41,023 bases of DNA from Chiloscyllium plagiosum (lineage: Eukaryota), in NCBI RefSeq assembly GCF_004010195.1, contig NC_057753.1, forward strand, positions 12,358,842 through 12,399,864, in the 5' to 3' direction. The notes under the pieces were generated by a model. It searched no databases and was not told the DNA's origin. It saw only the letters and a list, made by a program, of their open reading frames with translations. Shown one piece after another: positions 11,850-24,852 of this stretch. A program made the translations under genes and the position numbers. Position 1 is the first letter of the stretch. Every line of letters starts with the position of its first letter.

Positions 11850-12712
11850 TACTGGGTTTCAGAGGAAGATCGTGTGAAGTGAAGAAACTGAAAGCAAAAT
11901 CTCATCAAATCTGAGAGAGAATCGTCAAATGCATCACAAAAATGAACATCATCAGATCTTGAACATGGAATGATAAAGCAGAGTTGGGGAAAGCCATACA
12001 CGGGTTTCGTGTTTGGACAAAACTTTAGAAAACTATCTGGCATGCCAGAACATAAACGCATTTGCACTGATAAGAAGCCATGAAAATGTGTGACCTGTGG
12101 GGAAAAAAATCTGTCACCGTTCAACGCTGAAAATTCATTGACATAGTCACACTAAGGAAAGACCTTTCAACTGTTGTGAGTGCGGGCAGAGATTCAGTCA
12201 GTCATGCAACACACTGATGCACTGGGAAGAGAAGCCATTCACCAACACAACGTTTGGGAAGAGATCGCTCATTCATCAAAACTGGTGACACAATAGCAGG
12301 TTCACGCTCTACAATCAGCGGGAAGTGTTCTCAATGTCCTGGGGAAGTGATGCTCCATCAACGTGTTCACGCTGGTGGGGGATCGTTCAAGTGCTCTCGC
12401 TGTGGTGCTGCTTGAAGACAATTATCTTACCTGACCCTAAAGATCGCTTTCAGACTTGGGACAGGTCATTGAGCGGCTCTGGCCGTATGAATGTCTTTTC
12501 TTAGTCACCACACCTCCTAATACACCAGAGTGTTCATGATGGTTCGAAAACCTTTTTCTGTACTGACTGTGGGAAGGGATTCAGTCAGTCGTCCCACTTG
12601 CTGTGGCAACAGCACATTCTCACTGGGAAGAAGCCATTCACTTGCTCCAGCTGTGGGAAAGAAGTCACACAGGAGTCACAGCTGCTGAGCCTTCAGAGTG
12701 TTCACAACTAAC
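11850..12712 (+). pseudogene. Tandem C2H2 zinc-finger protein pseudogene
   Basis: [72 protein letters not shown]; about 7-8 decayed fingers with HTGEKP-type linkers; stops and frameshifts. Confidence 0.9.
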
Positions 12713-13814
12713 CGTCGTGGTTGGATGTTCGCATTTATCACATCCAGGAAGGAACTATGTTCATTGTGATTTGTTTCAGCTGATATTACTGAACAACAGT
12801 TTAGTTGCGTGTTAGCATTTTAGAGATATATCAAATGTATCAGCATTGTAAAGACAGTACTTTGTTAAATATGGTGCATGTCATTCTTATTATGTTGACT
12901 CCACGTCATTATCTTTTAAAGGGCCCTCTCCTTATCATCATCATCCTTATCTTTAACAAGTGCGATGAGATAATGAAACCTCGTTGATATCAAGATAATT
13001 GGATTAGCTGCTTCTGCTGCTTCCCCGCCTCAATACCTTCCGGGCCAACCAGCTTCAAAATGTGCTCGTTACCTGAGCCCTGAACTCAGATCTCTCGTGA
13101 GTTGATCTTATTTCCCCTCATATCTACTCAATGCTTGTCTTGTCTGTGGGATCGATCTCCCACTCCATCGACTTTATTCTCACGAATCAAGGAGCCAACT
13201 AATTTCTCGAAATGTGCTGATATTGGGAAGGCTTCTCTGTCATTAGATCCTGACCTAGTGTCATATAGCATCATTTGTCAGCCCTTATCACCTGCAATGC
13301 ACAAAGAATCCAGTCTCCATCATCTTTGCATGTTTCTATAAGTTCTTCGACATCATTCTCATCTGAAAAGTCCTTGAACAGATTTCAACACCCAAATCCC
13401 TGTCCAACATTCTCATGTGAAACAACATGAACACATTTTAAAACGGGAGAGCTGGAAAACATTCTATAGGCCTACTTCTGTACTGTAGCCTCTTAGTTAT
13501 GTTATCATCTCAGTGAGTCTCCACTGCTTTCTCCTTTCCCTTGAAAACTTTCCTGAAGTGAGATGCTGGACAATAATCCAAGCGATGTTTGAATTGCATA
13601 TAAACCAATGATTTAGCAAATTATTTACTTAAGATAGGACAACATGTTCATACAGTATTTTAAATTTTCCATTCAATCTTGAGGATATACCTGCTTGCAT
13701 CTCTTTTAATTTGGGTGATTTACACTGAGGTAAATGTTTAACATGTTGTGTACTCTGGTAAACAGAGGTTTGGTCTGAGTTAGAAACCGCAGAGCTGTTG
13801 CCACGACAAAAACT

Positions 13815-14090
13815 GGTTTGTGTGGAGTTTGCACATTCTACCCATGTCCACGTGTGTTGCCTCCGGGTGCTTCGTTTTCCTCCCACATTGTTTTCCTCAC
13901 AAAGATGTGCAATTCGGTGAATTGGCCATGCTAAATTGTCAACCGTGTTCAGGGATGTGTGGGTTTGGGTGCATTAGTCAGGGGTTAAATTTAGGGGAAT
14001 ATGGCTCTCTGGGTTACTCTTTAGAGTGTCGGTATGGACTTGGTGGCAGCCTCTTTTCACATTATAAGGATTCTATTATTGTGTGACTCT
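13815..14090 (+). mobile_element. HE1-type V-SINE, head decayed
   Basis: V-domain tgtgtggagtttgcacattct..tcctcccaca..aaagatgtgca..tgaattggccatgctaaattg, with a CR1-like tail. Confidence 0.8.
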
Positions 14091-14344
14091 GTCATTCCAT
14101 TCCTCAGTATCTCCACATTGGAAACGCAAATCAGATCGGGGAAAGCAAAGAGTCTCTCTGGTTCACATCAGAATATGAACCAAAACCATGAAGATCAATT
14201 AAATAGTTTGGATTTTAAGTGCTGTATATACGGATAAGTGTGAAAGTATGTTAAATAGCAGAATTAACTGCAGACACAGTTTAGAGAGTCCAGGAACTTT
14301 ACTTAGGAGAAGTAATTGCGGGGAAACAAGGGGACTTATTTCTG

Positions 14345-14700
14345 ATAGAATTCATACAGTGTGGAAACAAGACATTCTTCCCAGCAGTTCCACAAAAACA
14401 CCTCGAAGATCAGCCAACCGAGACTCAGCTTCTTACACTAATCCTCTGACCATGCGTTTTCCATGGCTAACGGACCTAACCCACACATGACTGAACACTG
14501 GGTAAAAGAAAACATGATCAAACTACTTGATCTACATATCGTTTTGACTGTGGGAGGAAACCACAACACCTCATGGAAACAGTGTAGATACAATGTTAAC
14601 AAATACGTTCTAAACAGATAGTCACCCGATGCTCCAATTGAACCCTTGTCCCTGGCAGTGTGAAGCAGAAATGCGAACCACTGGGCCACCTTGCCACCCG
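14345..14700 (-). mobile_element. HE1-type V-SINE, near full length
   Basis: Minus strand tRNA head ggtggcaaggtggcccagtggtt..cacactgccagggacaagggttcaatt, then V-domain ttcctcccacagtcaaaacgatatg. Confidence 0.8.
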
Positions 14701-15299
14701 TGTGAAAGGCCTTATCACAGATCATGGATGAATGAAGTTCTGGCTGTTTTTCCTCTCTTTCTTCAAAACAAAACAAACAAAGAAGTCAAGCAAGAACCGG
14801 GGCCAGAGTTGAATCAGTCCACAGTACAAAGGTCATAGACGATTGATGTAAGTAGGTAGTTCAGATTTAAGACAACGGAGATCAACCTCTGGATACCAGA
14901 GGTTGCATCAAGTACTCACCTCATGTGACTTGAGCAAAGCATATTTCTGCTGATTAATTGATCAGTGCAATTTATATTGCCACACAGAGAACTTCATCGA
15001 TCTATCGTTCTCAACAAGGTCACATTTTAGCTTATCCCCTCACCTTGGCATCTCAGAGAGGGACAAGGGAAACACAGGACAACCCATAGCAACATCACGG
15101 TTTGTCTTTCGTGAAGAAAGAGCCAAATTCTCCGTTAATCTTTTCTAATTTTAAGCTGAGTACAGTGAGCTGGAATCCAGAAACAATGCACAGCAAAATA
15201 TGTATTTTTGTTGTTGTATTACAATCTCGAACATTGAAGTAGGCTCTCTAGTTGATTCCTTAAACAGTGGTTCATTTTATATTCCATAGTTTAAGATCA

Positions 15300-15710
15300 A
15301 TAAAATAGATTAGATTCTTAAATGTTTGGGGTTTTGAATGTGGTTGGAGGAAGGTATCGGGCAGATGTCAGAGCTGGAATTTTTGCGCAGAGAGTAGTGA
15401 GTGTACTGCCAGCAGACATAGTAGAATCAGAGACATTAGGGACCTTTACACGACTGCTGGACACATGGAAGGAAGTAAATTGAGGCGTGTGGAGGTTAGG
15501 CAGATGTTAGATTGAGGTAAATGCTCAGCACAACATCGTGGACCGAAGGGCCTGTATTGTGCTGTACTGTTCTTTGTTCTATGTTCTATGGAGTCAGCGT
15601 GGATGGACATTTTGATCACATGGACAAGTTTGGGCCCAAGGGCCCACCTCCATGTTGTGGGAGTCTATGACTCTATGAATCTCTATGACTCCCTTAATCT
15701 CTATGACTTT
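15300..15710 (+). mobile_element. CR1 LINE 3' end fragments (two stacked tails)
   Basis: ggaccgaagggcctgtattgtgctgtactgttct..(tgttcta)n, followed by a second tail with (ctctatga)n. Confidence 0.75.
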
Positions 15711-15828
15711 CGCAGCCATGGAGGCCATTGTTCCAATAATTCATCATTCCTTCATATTGCAAAGGAGGAAATGGAGTGTGCGTTTCTAAGTACGGAAGCT
15801 GGAAGATGTGGTTTGTTAAGACAATGGA

Positions 15829-16445
15829 GGCTTGCCCTATACCATACAGCAAAAACATTTGTGAACTGACAGCCAGACTACTGCGACCACTAGGACTCAT
15901 AACAGCACACAAACCAACAGCCACTCTCAGACAACAACTCACCAGGGCGATGGACCCGATACCAAGCATGAGTAAAACCAATGTAGTGTACAAAATCCCA
16001 TGCAAGAACTGCACAAAACACTACATAGGATAAACAGGAAGACAGCTAACGATCCGCATCCATGAACACCAACTAGCCCCGAAACAACATGACCAGCTAT
16101 CCTTAGTAGCCACACAATCAGATGACAAGCAACATACGTTCGACTGGGACAACACGACTATTATAGGACAAGCCAAAAAGAGAACAGCCAGGGAATTCCT
16201 AGGGGCATAGCACTCATCCACAGATTCAATCAATAAGCACATCGACCTGGACCCAATAGACCGGCCACTGCAGCGGAAAGCTGGAACTGACAACCGGAAG
16301 CGGCAGATACAAATCACTATAAATGCCGGAGGAAACATCACAGAAGCGCTTCACTGGAGGCTCCCAAGCACTGAGGATGTCACGTAGACAGGGGACAGGA
16401 AACGTCTGCAACACAAATTCCCAGCTCGGCGAACAGAACCACAAC
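15829..16445 (+). mobile_element. Penelope-like element (Poseidon-type) 3' part: GIY-YIG endonuclease and terminus
   Basis: IPYSKNICELTARLLRPLG..AHKP..NVVYKIPCKNCTKHYIG*TGRQLTIRIHEH..FDWDNTTII..REFL..SINKHIDLDPI; two stops. Confidence 0.93.
16368..16409 (+). ncRNA. Minimal type I hammerhead ribozyme motif (PLE-associated)
   Basis: gca-CTGAGGA-tgtc[acgtagacaggg]gaca-g-GAAACGTC-tgc: stem I gca/tgc, stem II tgtc/gaca. Confidence 0.7.
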
Positions 16446-16608
16446 ATTGTCAGAGGTACACAATTGAACTGCACGGAATCACTATTAGCTTACATGGGAG
16501 GTTACCTGAGTTGGCGACCATCACATGGCAACTCTGGGAAATTTGCGAACTTTTTAGTTTTCCTGATAGAGTAGAAATACAGGAAAGAGTTCATAAATGG
16601 CATTGACT

Positions 16609-17215
16609 CTGCCATGATGCTGCTTCTTTAATAACGCCCTTGGCTTTTTGTTTCAATGAGGTTGTAAAAGAAGCGATTCTGAAAATTCTGACTTGAATGG
16701 GTTTTAAGGCCAATGTGTTTTTAGCTAACACATACTGCCTCAGACAAAATGTTTATGTTTAAAATGACTTGCACTGTGAAATGGGATTGGCCAGTTCTCC
16801 GAGCTCAGATTTACTCTGATTTGGTCTGGCTATTCATTGAAAGAAGTCAGGCAGATTTGTTTTTGCTGATTCAATGACGATCCGCATGGAAGAGGGTGTT
16901 CCACGTTGCCACCTCTCTCCCTCGTGAGATCCTGTGTTTGATTTTACGTTTTGCGTCAAGGGGTGTTTATAGGAAATGTTACAAGTGTTTGCAAGTCCAG
17001 TAAGTTAGGATAATCTGTTGGGTTTTTGCATAGGTTAAGTTATTCTGTATTTTATTTTCTTTTGTTTGTGTGTCATTCGGTACTCTTGTAGATAAAGCCT
17101 CTTTCATTAAAAACTAAATAGTTTGACCAGGTGCATCAGTCCTAGATTTCTGCGTTACACCGGCCGGAATCAACTTGCAAAGTTAGGGTCCAGCCTACTT
17201 TTTGAAATGTTTTCA
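16609..17215 (+). mobile_element. Solo-LTR-like repeat, 3' end truncated
   Basis: Starts tgccatga; has a polyA-signal-like gataaa; ends aagttagggtccagcctactttttgaaatgtttt, similar to the reverse complement of 7016-7055. Confidence 0.5.
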
Positions 17216-17224
17216 TCCAAATCC

Positions 17225-19375
17225 AATCACCTGATATGTCATGGCATCAGGTCAAACCTGTGCAAGGAAAGTTCCTGTTGACTGCCAAACTTCATCTGGT
17301 TACCTGATGAACTAACGTTCGACCGTAATGCACATTACTTACAGGATGCACTGAGAATGTCAAAAGCACAGAAATTACTTTTCTTGGGGCATCTGCAACA
17401 TCCTGCCTAGAGTTGTTCAACAGCCTCTCTACTGATTGAGCTACCTGACTTAAATGATAGACAAGGTCTGCTGGAGGTCGTGCAGAAATTAACAAGAGTG
17501 AAAAACAGACTCGATCTGATCTCCCTGTCAGAGATCCATCTGTCCATACAGTACTGTCTGTGGGAACAGTCGAACAATCTTTGTGGCGATAAAGTCTCAC
17601 CTTCACATTGAGAACTTCCTCCATTTTGTTGTAAAGCATTGTCACTGAACTGAATAGGATAGATTTCGAACAAATCTCGCCAATCAAGGCTTGGCATCCA
17701 AGACGCAACATCGGCCATCAAGAGCAACTGAATCCAATACTATCTGTCACGGCATGGCCCGTCATTATCTTCACTCAATCATATCATCAAGGCAAGGGAT
17801 TATGCTTAATTAAATGAAAAATGTAGTGGACATGCAAGGAGCATGAGTAACACATAAAAAGTCGTTGCTAACCTGGTGAAGCTACGTAGCAGGAGTATTT
17901 GTATGCTCGATGGCAGAATTAGCAATGACAGTCACTGCTCAGTGATCGCACAACCAAATGATCACATCTAAACTCTACAGTCCTGCTGCGGATAGTCATA
18001 AACGATCGTGGACAATTGTAACAATTCACTGGACGAAGATGCTCCAAAAGCATTATCGATATGTGAGTGCAACCAATCAGTCCAAAAGATAAGGTTGAAG
18101 CATTCACTGCAAACCTCAGCCAAAAGGGGCAAAAGGATGATCTTTCTCGGCTCTCCAGTGGTCTTGAGTATGACAGATGCCTGTCTTCAAACATTTCGAT
18201 TCACTCCATTTGTTGGCAACACTGGATATTGAAAAGTCTTTGCGCCCCGAACAGAGTCTGTTAATACTCCTGAAGACATGTAGTGCAGACCTTATGGTTG
18301 CTGTAGCCAAATATTTCCAATACAATTACATAATGGTCATGTGACTGAAAACGTGAAAAATGTTCCTGCTATGTCCTGTACACCACCAGGACAAATTCAA
18401 CCTAGGAAATTACTGCTGCACCAGTCCACACCGAGGTTATCAGTAAAGTGATCAAAGGTGTAAACAACAGTACTATCAAACAGTACTTGTTCAGCAATAA
18501 CTTGCTTACGGACTCCTGGTTTCAATTTCGACAGGGCAACAGCGTTTCTGTTCAAGTTGTAATCTTGGTTCAAATATAGATGAAAGGGCTGACTTGCAAA
18601 GTCGAGATGCGAGTTTAGAGTGACAGGCCTTGACTGCAAGGTCATATTTGGCATAGTGTGGCATCAAGGAAACCAAGCAAAACTGTAACCAGTATAATGG
18701 CAGTTTAAACTGTCCACTGATGGGTACCAGATGGAAGCATAGGAATACTGCTATCGTTGTTGGAGGCTGTTTTGCCACTCGGTGCAGACTCGATTGCCGG
18801 AACAGCCTCTATTCTGCAGGGTAGGTATTCTATGAGTAACTCACCACCTGACTCTCCAAAGGCAGTTCACCATCAATAATGCCCAAGTTAAGAATATGAT
18901 GGAATACTCCCCACTTGTCGTAATGATTGTAACAACATTCAAGAAGCTTAACACCATGCAGGACCAAACAAATCGGTGGCTTATCAGCACATCGAGAAGA
19001 TCTATCCCCTGCACCAACGAGCTCAGCAGCAGCAGTATGTATTATCTGCAAAGTGGAATGCGGAAACTGAACAAAGATCCTTTGACAGCACTTCGAAACC
19101 AATGACCACTTTCATCGAAAAATGAAAAGGATCACATTCAATGGAATACTACAACATTTCAGTTATTCTCCAAACCGCTCACCATCCTGACTTGGAAATA
19201 CATTGGCGTTACTTCACTGCAGCTATGTCAAAATTATGAAGCTCCTTCCATTCATGAATAATGTGTCAATCTATAGCATTGTAGCAGTCCAAGAATGTAA
19301 CTTGTTGCCACATTCAGAAGGAGGTAATTAAGGATAAGGAATAATTATTGGCGAGGCAGTGACGCCACACTCTAT
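17225..19375 (+). mobile_element. Decayed CR1/L2-group LINE (endonuclease plus RT), distinct from the HER1-type family
   Basis: Recognisable blocks: tcatggcatcaggtcaaac..gcaaggaa; cctggtttcaatttcgacaggg (QFGFR-like); gcatagtgtggcatcaagga (FDxVWH-like); atgatggaatactccccactt (MEYSPL); 3' tail to gacgccacac. Confidence 0.75.
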
Positions 19376-20187
19376 AACGCAATTTCACAAAATGTGTTAG
19401 ACGGTACCTCTCTAAGCCCTTTCAAATGAACACCGAAACACTTCTGAAATGTAAAGAGCATTTCAGCCTCTGCTGCCCACAGAGGCTGTAATTTCCTGAT
19501 TGCCACCTACACCCAGTGAAATAAAAAAAAGAGCTGCTATCCACGATATTTCTTTTGCTTCTTACCTGATAGTTATGGGCACTGTGAGTGAAGAGGACGT
19601 CGCCAGTTCATCCATATCACAACTTAACCACGGGAATTATAACGAGCAGGAGTGAAAAACGCTTCAGGAACCCAAAATAGATTTCGTTTTTACACCTTAA
19701 CCCGTCAGCCATGACCACAACACTTGACTGAGACGTGTCGTACTGACAGGTTGGTTGGATGTCTGTGGGATTATGGATTCGATGATAAAATCTGAATGTT
19801 CTGAACTAGGTCTACAGTCAAAATATCCCGCTTTGAAAAGTGTTTGTTTGATTCTGTCCCCTAAGAGTGATAACATTTGTACTAGGTGATATTAAATTAA
19901 TTTTTCATTCAACGTAATATAAAGAGATTTAAAATTGCAAATGGCCGAAGAATTTTGAGAGGAAGCGTTTGTGCCAAATATCCAGGGGAATAATAGAAAA
20001 TTCACTCCTGAAACATCGATTCCAGATACCATAGTGGCACATGAAACAAAATATCTGTGATCCTCAGAAAAAAGGACGGAGAATGGTGGGTCTGAAGCTT
20101 CCCACTGAATCATCAATAATATAATTGTGAAATTCCATTTATGTCCTACACCACCTCCCAAACAATGCCATACATTTTCCTTAACAT

Positions 20188-23180
20188 TTAGAACACAGAG
20201 AATAGATCATTACAGAGTAGTACATACCCTTCAGCCCTCAATGCTGAACTATGAAACATGCAACCAACTAGAAGCCCATCAAACCTACACTATTCCATTC
20301 TCATTCATATGTATATCGAATGACCATTTAAATACTGTTAAAGTTGTTGCAGGCAGGGCGTTCCACACCCTTATTATTGCCTGAGTAAAAAACCCTACCT
20401 CTGACATCTGTCAATTTCAAGCTATGTCCCCTCGTGCTCTCCATCAGCATCTGAGGAAAATGGCTCTCGCTGCACATCCTATCGAATCCTTTCATGACCT
20501 CGTATGTCTCTATTACATCTCCTCAGAACCTTCTTCTCTAACGAAAACAGCTTCTAGTCGCTCAGACTTCTCTCATATGACCTCCCCTCCATACCAGGTA
20601 ACATCTTGGTAAATCTCCTCTGCACATTTCCAATGCTTCTACCTCTTTCTTACCATGTGCCGAACAGAACTGTGCAATATTTCAAATGTGCCTGCCCCAA
20701 ATCTTTGTAGCGCTGCAACATGACCTCATGGCTCCTAAACTCAATCCCTCTCCAAATAAAAGCTAACACACCGGATGCCTTCTTAATAACCCTATTACCC
20801 TGTGTGGCAACGTTCAGGGATCTATACACATGGATATCATGCTCTCTCAGCTCATCTACACTACCAAGAATCTTATTATTAGCGCAGGACAGCACTCTGT
20901 ATTTCTATTGTTCCTTCCAAAGTAAACAAAACTTCATACTTTTTCGCATTAAACTCCATTAGGCAACATAGCCCATCTCTGTAGCTTATCGATGTCCCTC
21001 TGATCCATGCAACACACTTAGTTGTCATCTGCAAATTTACTTATCTATCCTTCAACGCACTCATCCAGGTCAATTACAAAATTGACAAACAGCAGTGGTC
21101 CCAAATCAGATCCGTTCCGTAAACCACTAGTATTTGAACTCCACAACAAACATTTCCCATCAACTACCACCCTTTGTCTTCTGTAGCGCTGCAACATGAC
21201 CTCATGGCTCCTAAACTCAATCCCTCTCCAAATAAAAGCTAACACACCGGATACCTTCTTAATAACCCTATTACCCTGTGTGGCAACGTTCAGGGATCTA
21301 TACACATGGATATCGTGCTCTCTCAGCTCATCTACACTACCAAGAATCTTATTATTAGTGCAGGACAGCACTCTGTATTTCTGTTGTTCCTTCCAAAGTA
21401 AAAGAACTTCATACTTTTTCGCATTAAACTCCATTAGGCAACATAGCCCAGCTCTGTAGCTTATCGATGTCCCTCTGATCCATGCAACACACTTCTGCAC
21501 TGTCCACATCTCCATCTTAGTTGTCATCTGCAAATTTACTTATCTATCCTTCAACGCACTCATCCAGGTCATTTACAAAATTGACAAACAGCAGTGGTCC
21601 CAAATCAGATCCGTTCCGTACACCACTAGTATTTGAACTCCACAACAAACATTTCCCATCAACTACCACCCTTTGTCTTCTTAGAACGAGCCAATTTCTG
21701 ATTCAAACCGTTGAATCACCCTCAATCACATGCCTCCGTATTTTCTGCAATAGCCTACCGTGGGGAACTTTATCAAACGCTTTACTGAAATGCATATACA
21801 TCACAGCAAACGCTTTGCTCTCATCCATCTTTTCGGTCACTTTCTCAAAGAACTCAATATGTTCTGTGAGGCACCACCTACCCTTCACAAAACCATGTTG
21901 CCTCTCTCTAATCAAATTATTGATTTCCAGAGGATTATAAATCTATCTCTTGGAATCCTTTACAACACTTCACCCACAACCGAACTAAGGCTCACTGGTC
22001 CATAATTACCAGGGTTGTCTCTTCTTCCCTTCTTAAAACATTTGGTATCCTCCAGTCTTCTGGCAGTATTCCTGTAAATAATAATGACCTAACGATCAAA
22101 GCAAAGTCGCTGCAATCTCCTCCCTAGCTTTCCAGAGAGTCCAAGGAAAAGTCCCATCTGGCACAGGGAACTTCTCCATTTTCACCCTTTCCAGCATTGC
22201 TAACACCACCTCCTTATGAAGCTTAATCCCTTCTCTTCCAATAGCTTGTATCTCAGCAGTCTCCTTGTCAACATTGTCTTTTTCCTGTGTGCACAATGAC
22301 GGAAAATATTCATTTCGTGCCGCTCCTATCACTTAGGACTCGAAATACAACTTCCCACTTCTGTCCTTGACAGGCCCTAATCTTACTCTTGGCATTCTTT
22401 TATTCCTATAGAATACCCATGGAACGCTTTCCGGTTTCTTTGATCCTACCTGCCAAAAACTCCTCATGTCTCCTCCTGGATCTTCTTGGCTTTCTCTTTC
22501 GGTCCTTCCTGGTTAACTTGTAATTCTCAATCACACTTACTGAGCCTTCACGTCTCAAATTTGCATAAACTTCCTCTTCCGCCTGACAAGAGATTCAATG
22601 TGTTTAGTAAAACGGGATTCCCTCGCTCGACCACTTCCTCTCCGCCTGACAGGGTATATACTGATACAGTAACGGTTCCATGAACAATCTCCACGTTTCA
22701 ATTGTGCCCATCCACTGCATTTCCTTCCCCGTCCTATTCATCGTAAATTTTGCCTAATCGCATCATAATTGCTTTTTGCCCAGCTATAACTCTTGCACAG
22801 CTGTATGTACCTATCCCTTTCCATCGCTAAAGTAAACGTAACCGAATTGTGGTCACTATCACCAAATTGCTCACCTACTTCCAAACCTAACACCTGGCCT
22901 GGTTCTTTGCCCACTATCAAATGCATAGTGGCCTCGCCTTTTGTTGACCTACTTACATACGCGTCAGTAGATCCTCCTGCACAGATTGGGCAAAAACTGA
23001 CCAATCTAAAGGTCTTGAACTAAAGTGTTTCCAGTAAATAGTTAGAAAGCTAACATCCCCCATAACACCTACCCAGTTACTTTGACTCTATCCAGAATAA
23101 TCTTTGCAATCCTTTCCTCTACATCTCAGAGCTTTTCCGAGGCCTATAGAAAACTCCCAACAGTATGACCTCTCCTTTTT
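20188..23180 (-). mobile_element. CR1 (HER1-type) LINE ORF2 and 3' end, decayed, with an internal tandem duplication
   Basis: EPGQVLGLEVGEQFGDSDHNSVTF (APE); ARNEYFPSLCTQE; IRERQHGFVKGRWCLTEHIEFFE..MHFSKAFDKVPHGRLL; GSDLGPLLFV; GIEFRSHEVML. Confidence 0.93.
20706..21680. repeat. Tandem duplication, units 20706-21181 (476 bp) and 21182-21680 (499 bp)
   Basis: Both units run tgtagcgctgcaacatgacc..cctttgtcttc; near identical apart from a 24-bp and a 1-bp indel and a few substitutions. Confidence 0.95.
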
Positions 23181-24610
23181 TTCCTGGATTTAACATTGTC
23201 CTGCTGTCTCCCCTCATTCAGAAATCAGATTCGCTCACAGACCCACACAAATTAAATTACAAACAACGGGAAACAATCATTGATTGGCAAGAATCCAATT
23301 AGCTCATTGACAGATTCAGAAAAGTTAGCTTTTCCATGAAATGAAATAATTTTAATTGTGAATTATTTTAGGAAATTGATGCGCCTTTTATTTATTAGTC
23401 TCGCACAAAGATTGTGCCGATGATTCCCGGAGGTTCAGTGTCCATAACATAGTCTCGCTGCATTTTATTTGAAATCTTGCCTCGGGTTGAAGGATCTTGT
23501 GTTTCAGGGATGGGCAGTAAGCCGCTGTTTGATGCTGCAGTCGTCACTTGTTGCTGGCAGCAGGTGATTGGAGAGGGTGTGCCTGAAATCTTATTGCTTT
23601 TCTGCTTTTCCTCGTCTCCGCTTTGGAGTCGAGGAAGAACAAATCTTTGAGGACTATGTTTGATTCGAATCATTTCATAAATTTCTAAAGGCTCAGATGT
23701 GAGACATATGATGATCTAGCTAATCAATAGATTTGCAATGAATATTCATTTGAAAATCGAAACAACATTCTAATTACTCCCCACATAATAGTTCTCGTCT
23801 GGAAACGTTTTCCTGATACGAATACTGAGCCGAAATGAACAGTGGTGAACTGATAACAGCATTCCTGATATGGTCTCTTGCCACCAAACGTTAGCTAAAT
23901 AGTCAGGCACCTTGACCACAGAAACTGAATGATCTCATTTTTATATGATTGATGAAAGCAGTCTGCCAGTTAGTTCAAGCTTCAGACTTTTGCCGCCGCA
24001 TCTGTAAGTGTCTTGTATCAGATTTACTTTTTCCCCAAAATAAAAGCTCGAACATTCATTGTGGAGACAAAGGAGAATGCAGGAACACCACCGTCAGCAG
24101 GAACCAGCTCTCCTACAACCAGCTCTCCTTCACTCTCGCGTCTGCTTCTAAATCCACTTGACATGTCAATATCGGCCTAAAGAGTTACATTAGTCTACGT
24201 ATTTTAACAATGTTTTCAACTTTTGGACAATTACGTCCAGCTGTGAAATGATCGAAATGTGCTCACGACACTACGGAAAATGAATGCGAATTCAAATGGT
24301 TTAATATTTCTCACACCATCCTGTCAATTGGGACAATGAATGCAATAATTCAGAAACGTTCTTCGCTGTCCTCCCCTTTGTTAAAACACGAACACGTTAT
24401 GGAGCATTCCTGCCCCAAATTAAACCATCGTACAAAGTGAAATAGCATATAAAGTTATTTACTGTAATGCCCAGGAGTCATCAGGGATACGAATGAACTG
24501 TCAGTTCTGTAAAATGTGGTCACAGCAAATGAACAGCAGAACCACTGTTTTTCCAATTTTGTAACCAGGAAAGAAAATACCAAAAGTCAACCTGTTTATT
24601 GAACGAAACG

Positions 24611-24852
24611 TAAACATAACCGAATTGTGGTCACTATCACCAAAGTGTTCACCTACTTCCAATCCTAACACCTGGCCTGGTTCTTTACCCAGTACCAAAT
24701 GCATAGTGGCCTCGCCTCTTGTTGACCTACTTACGTACGCGTCAATAGATCCTCTTGCACAGATTGGGCAAAAACTGACCAATCTAAAGTTCTTGAACTA
24801 AAGAGTTTCCAGTAAATAATTGGAAAGCTAACGTCCCCCACAGCACCTACCC
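24611..24852 (-). mobile_element. CR1 endonuclease fragment, close copy of 22833-23074
   Basis: Nearly identical translation MVSFCPICA.GS.DAYVSRST.GEATMHL..GKEPGQVLGLEVGE.FGDSDHNSV. Confidence 0.9.
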
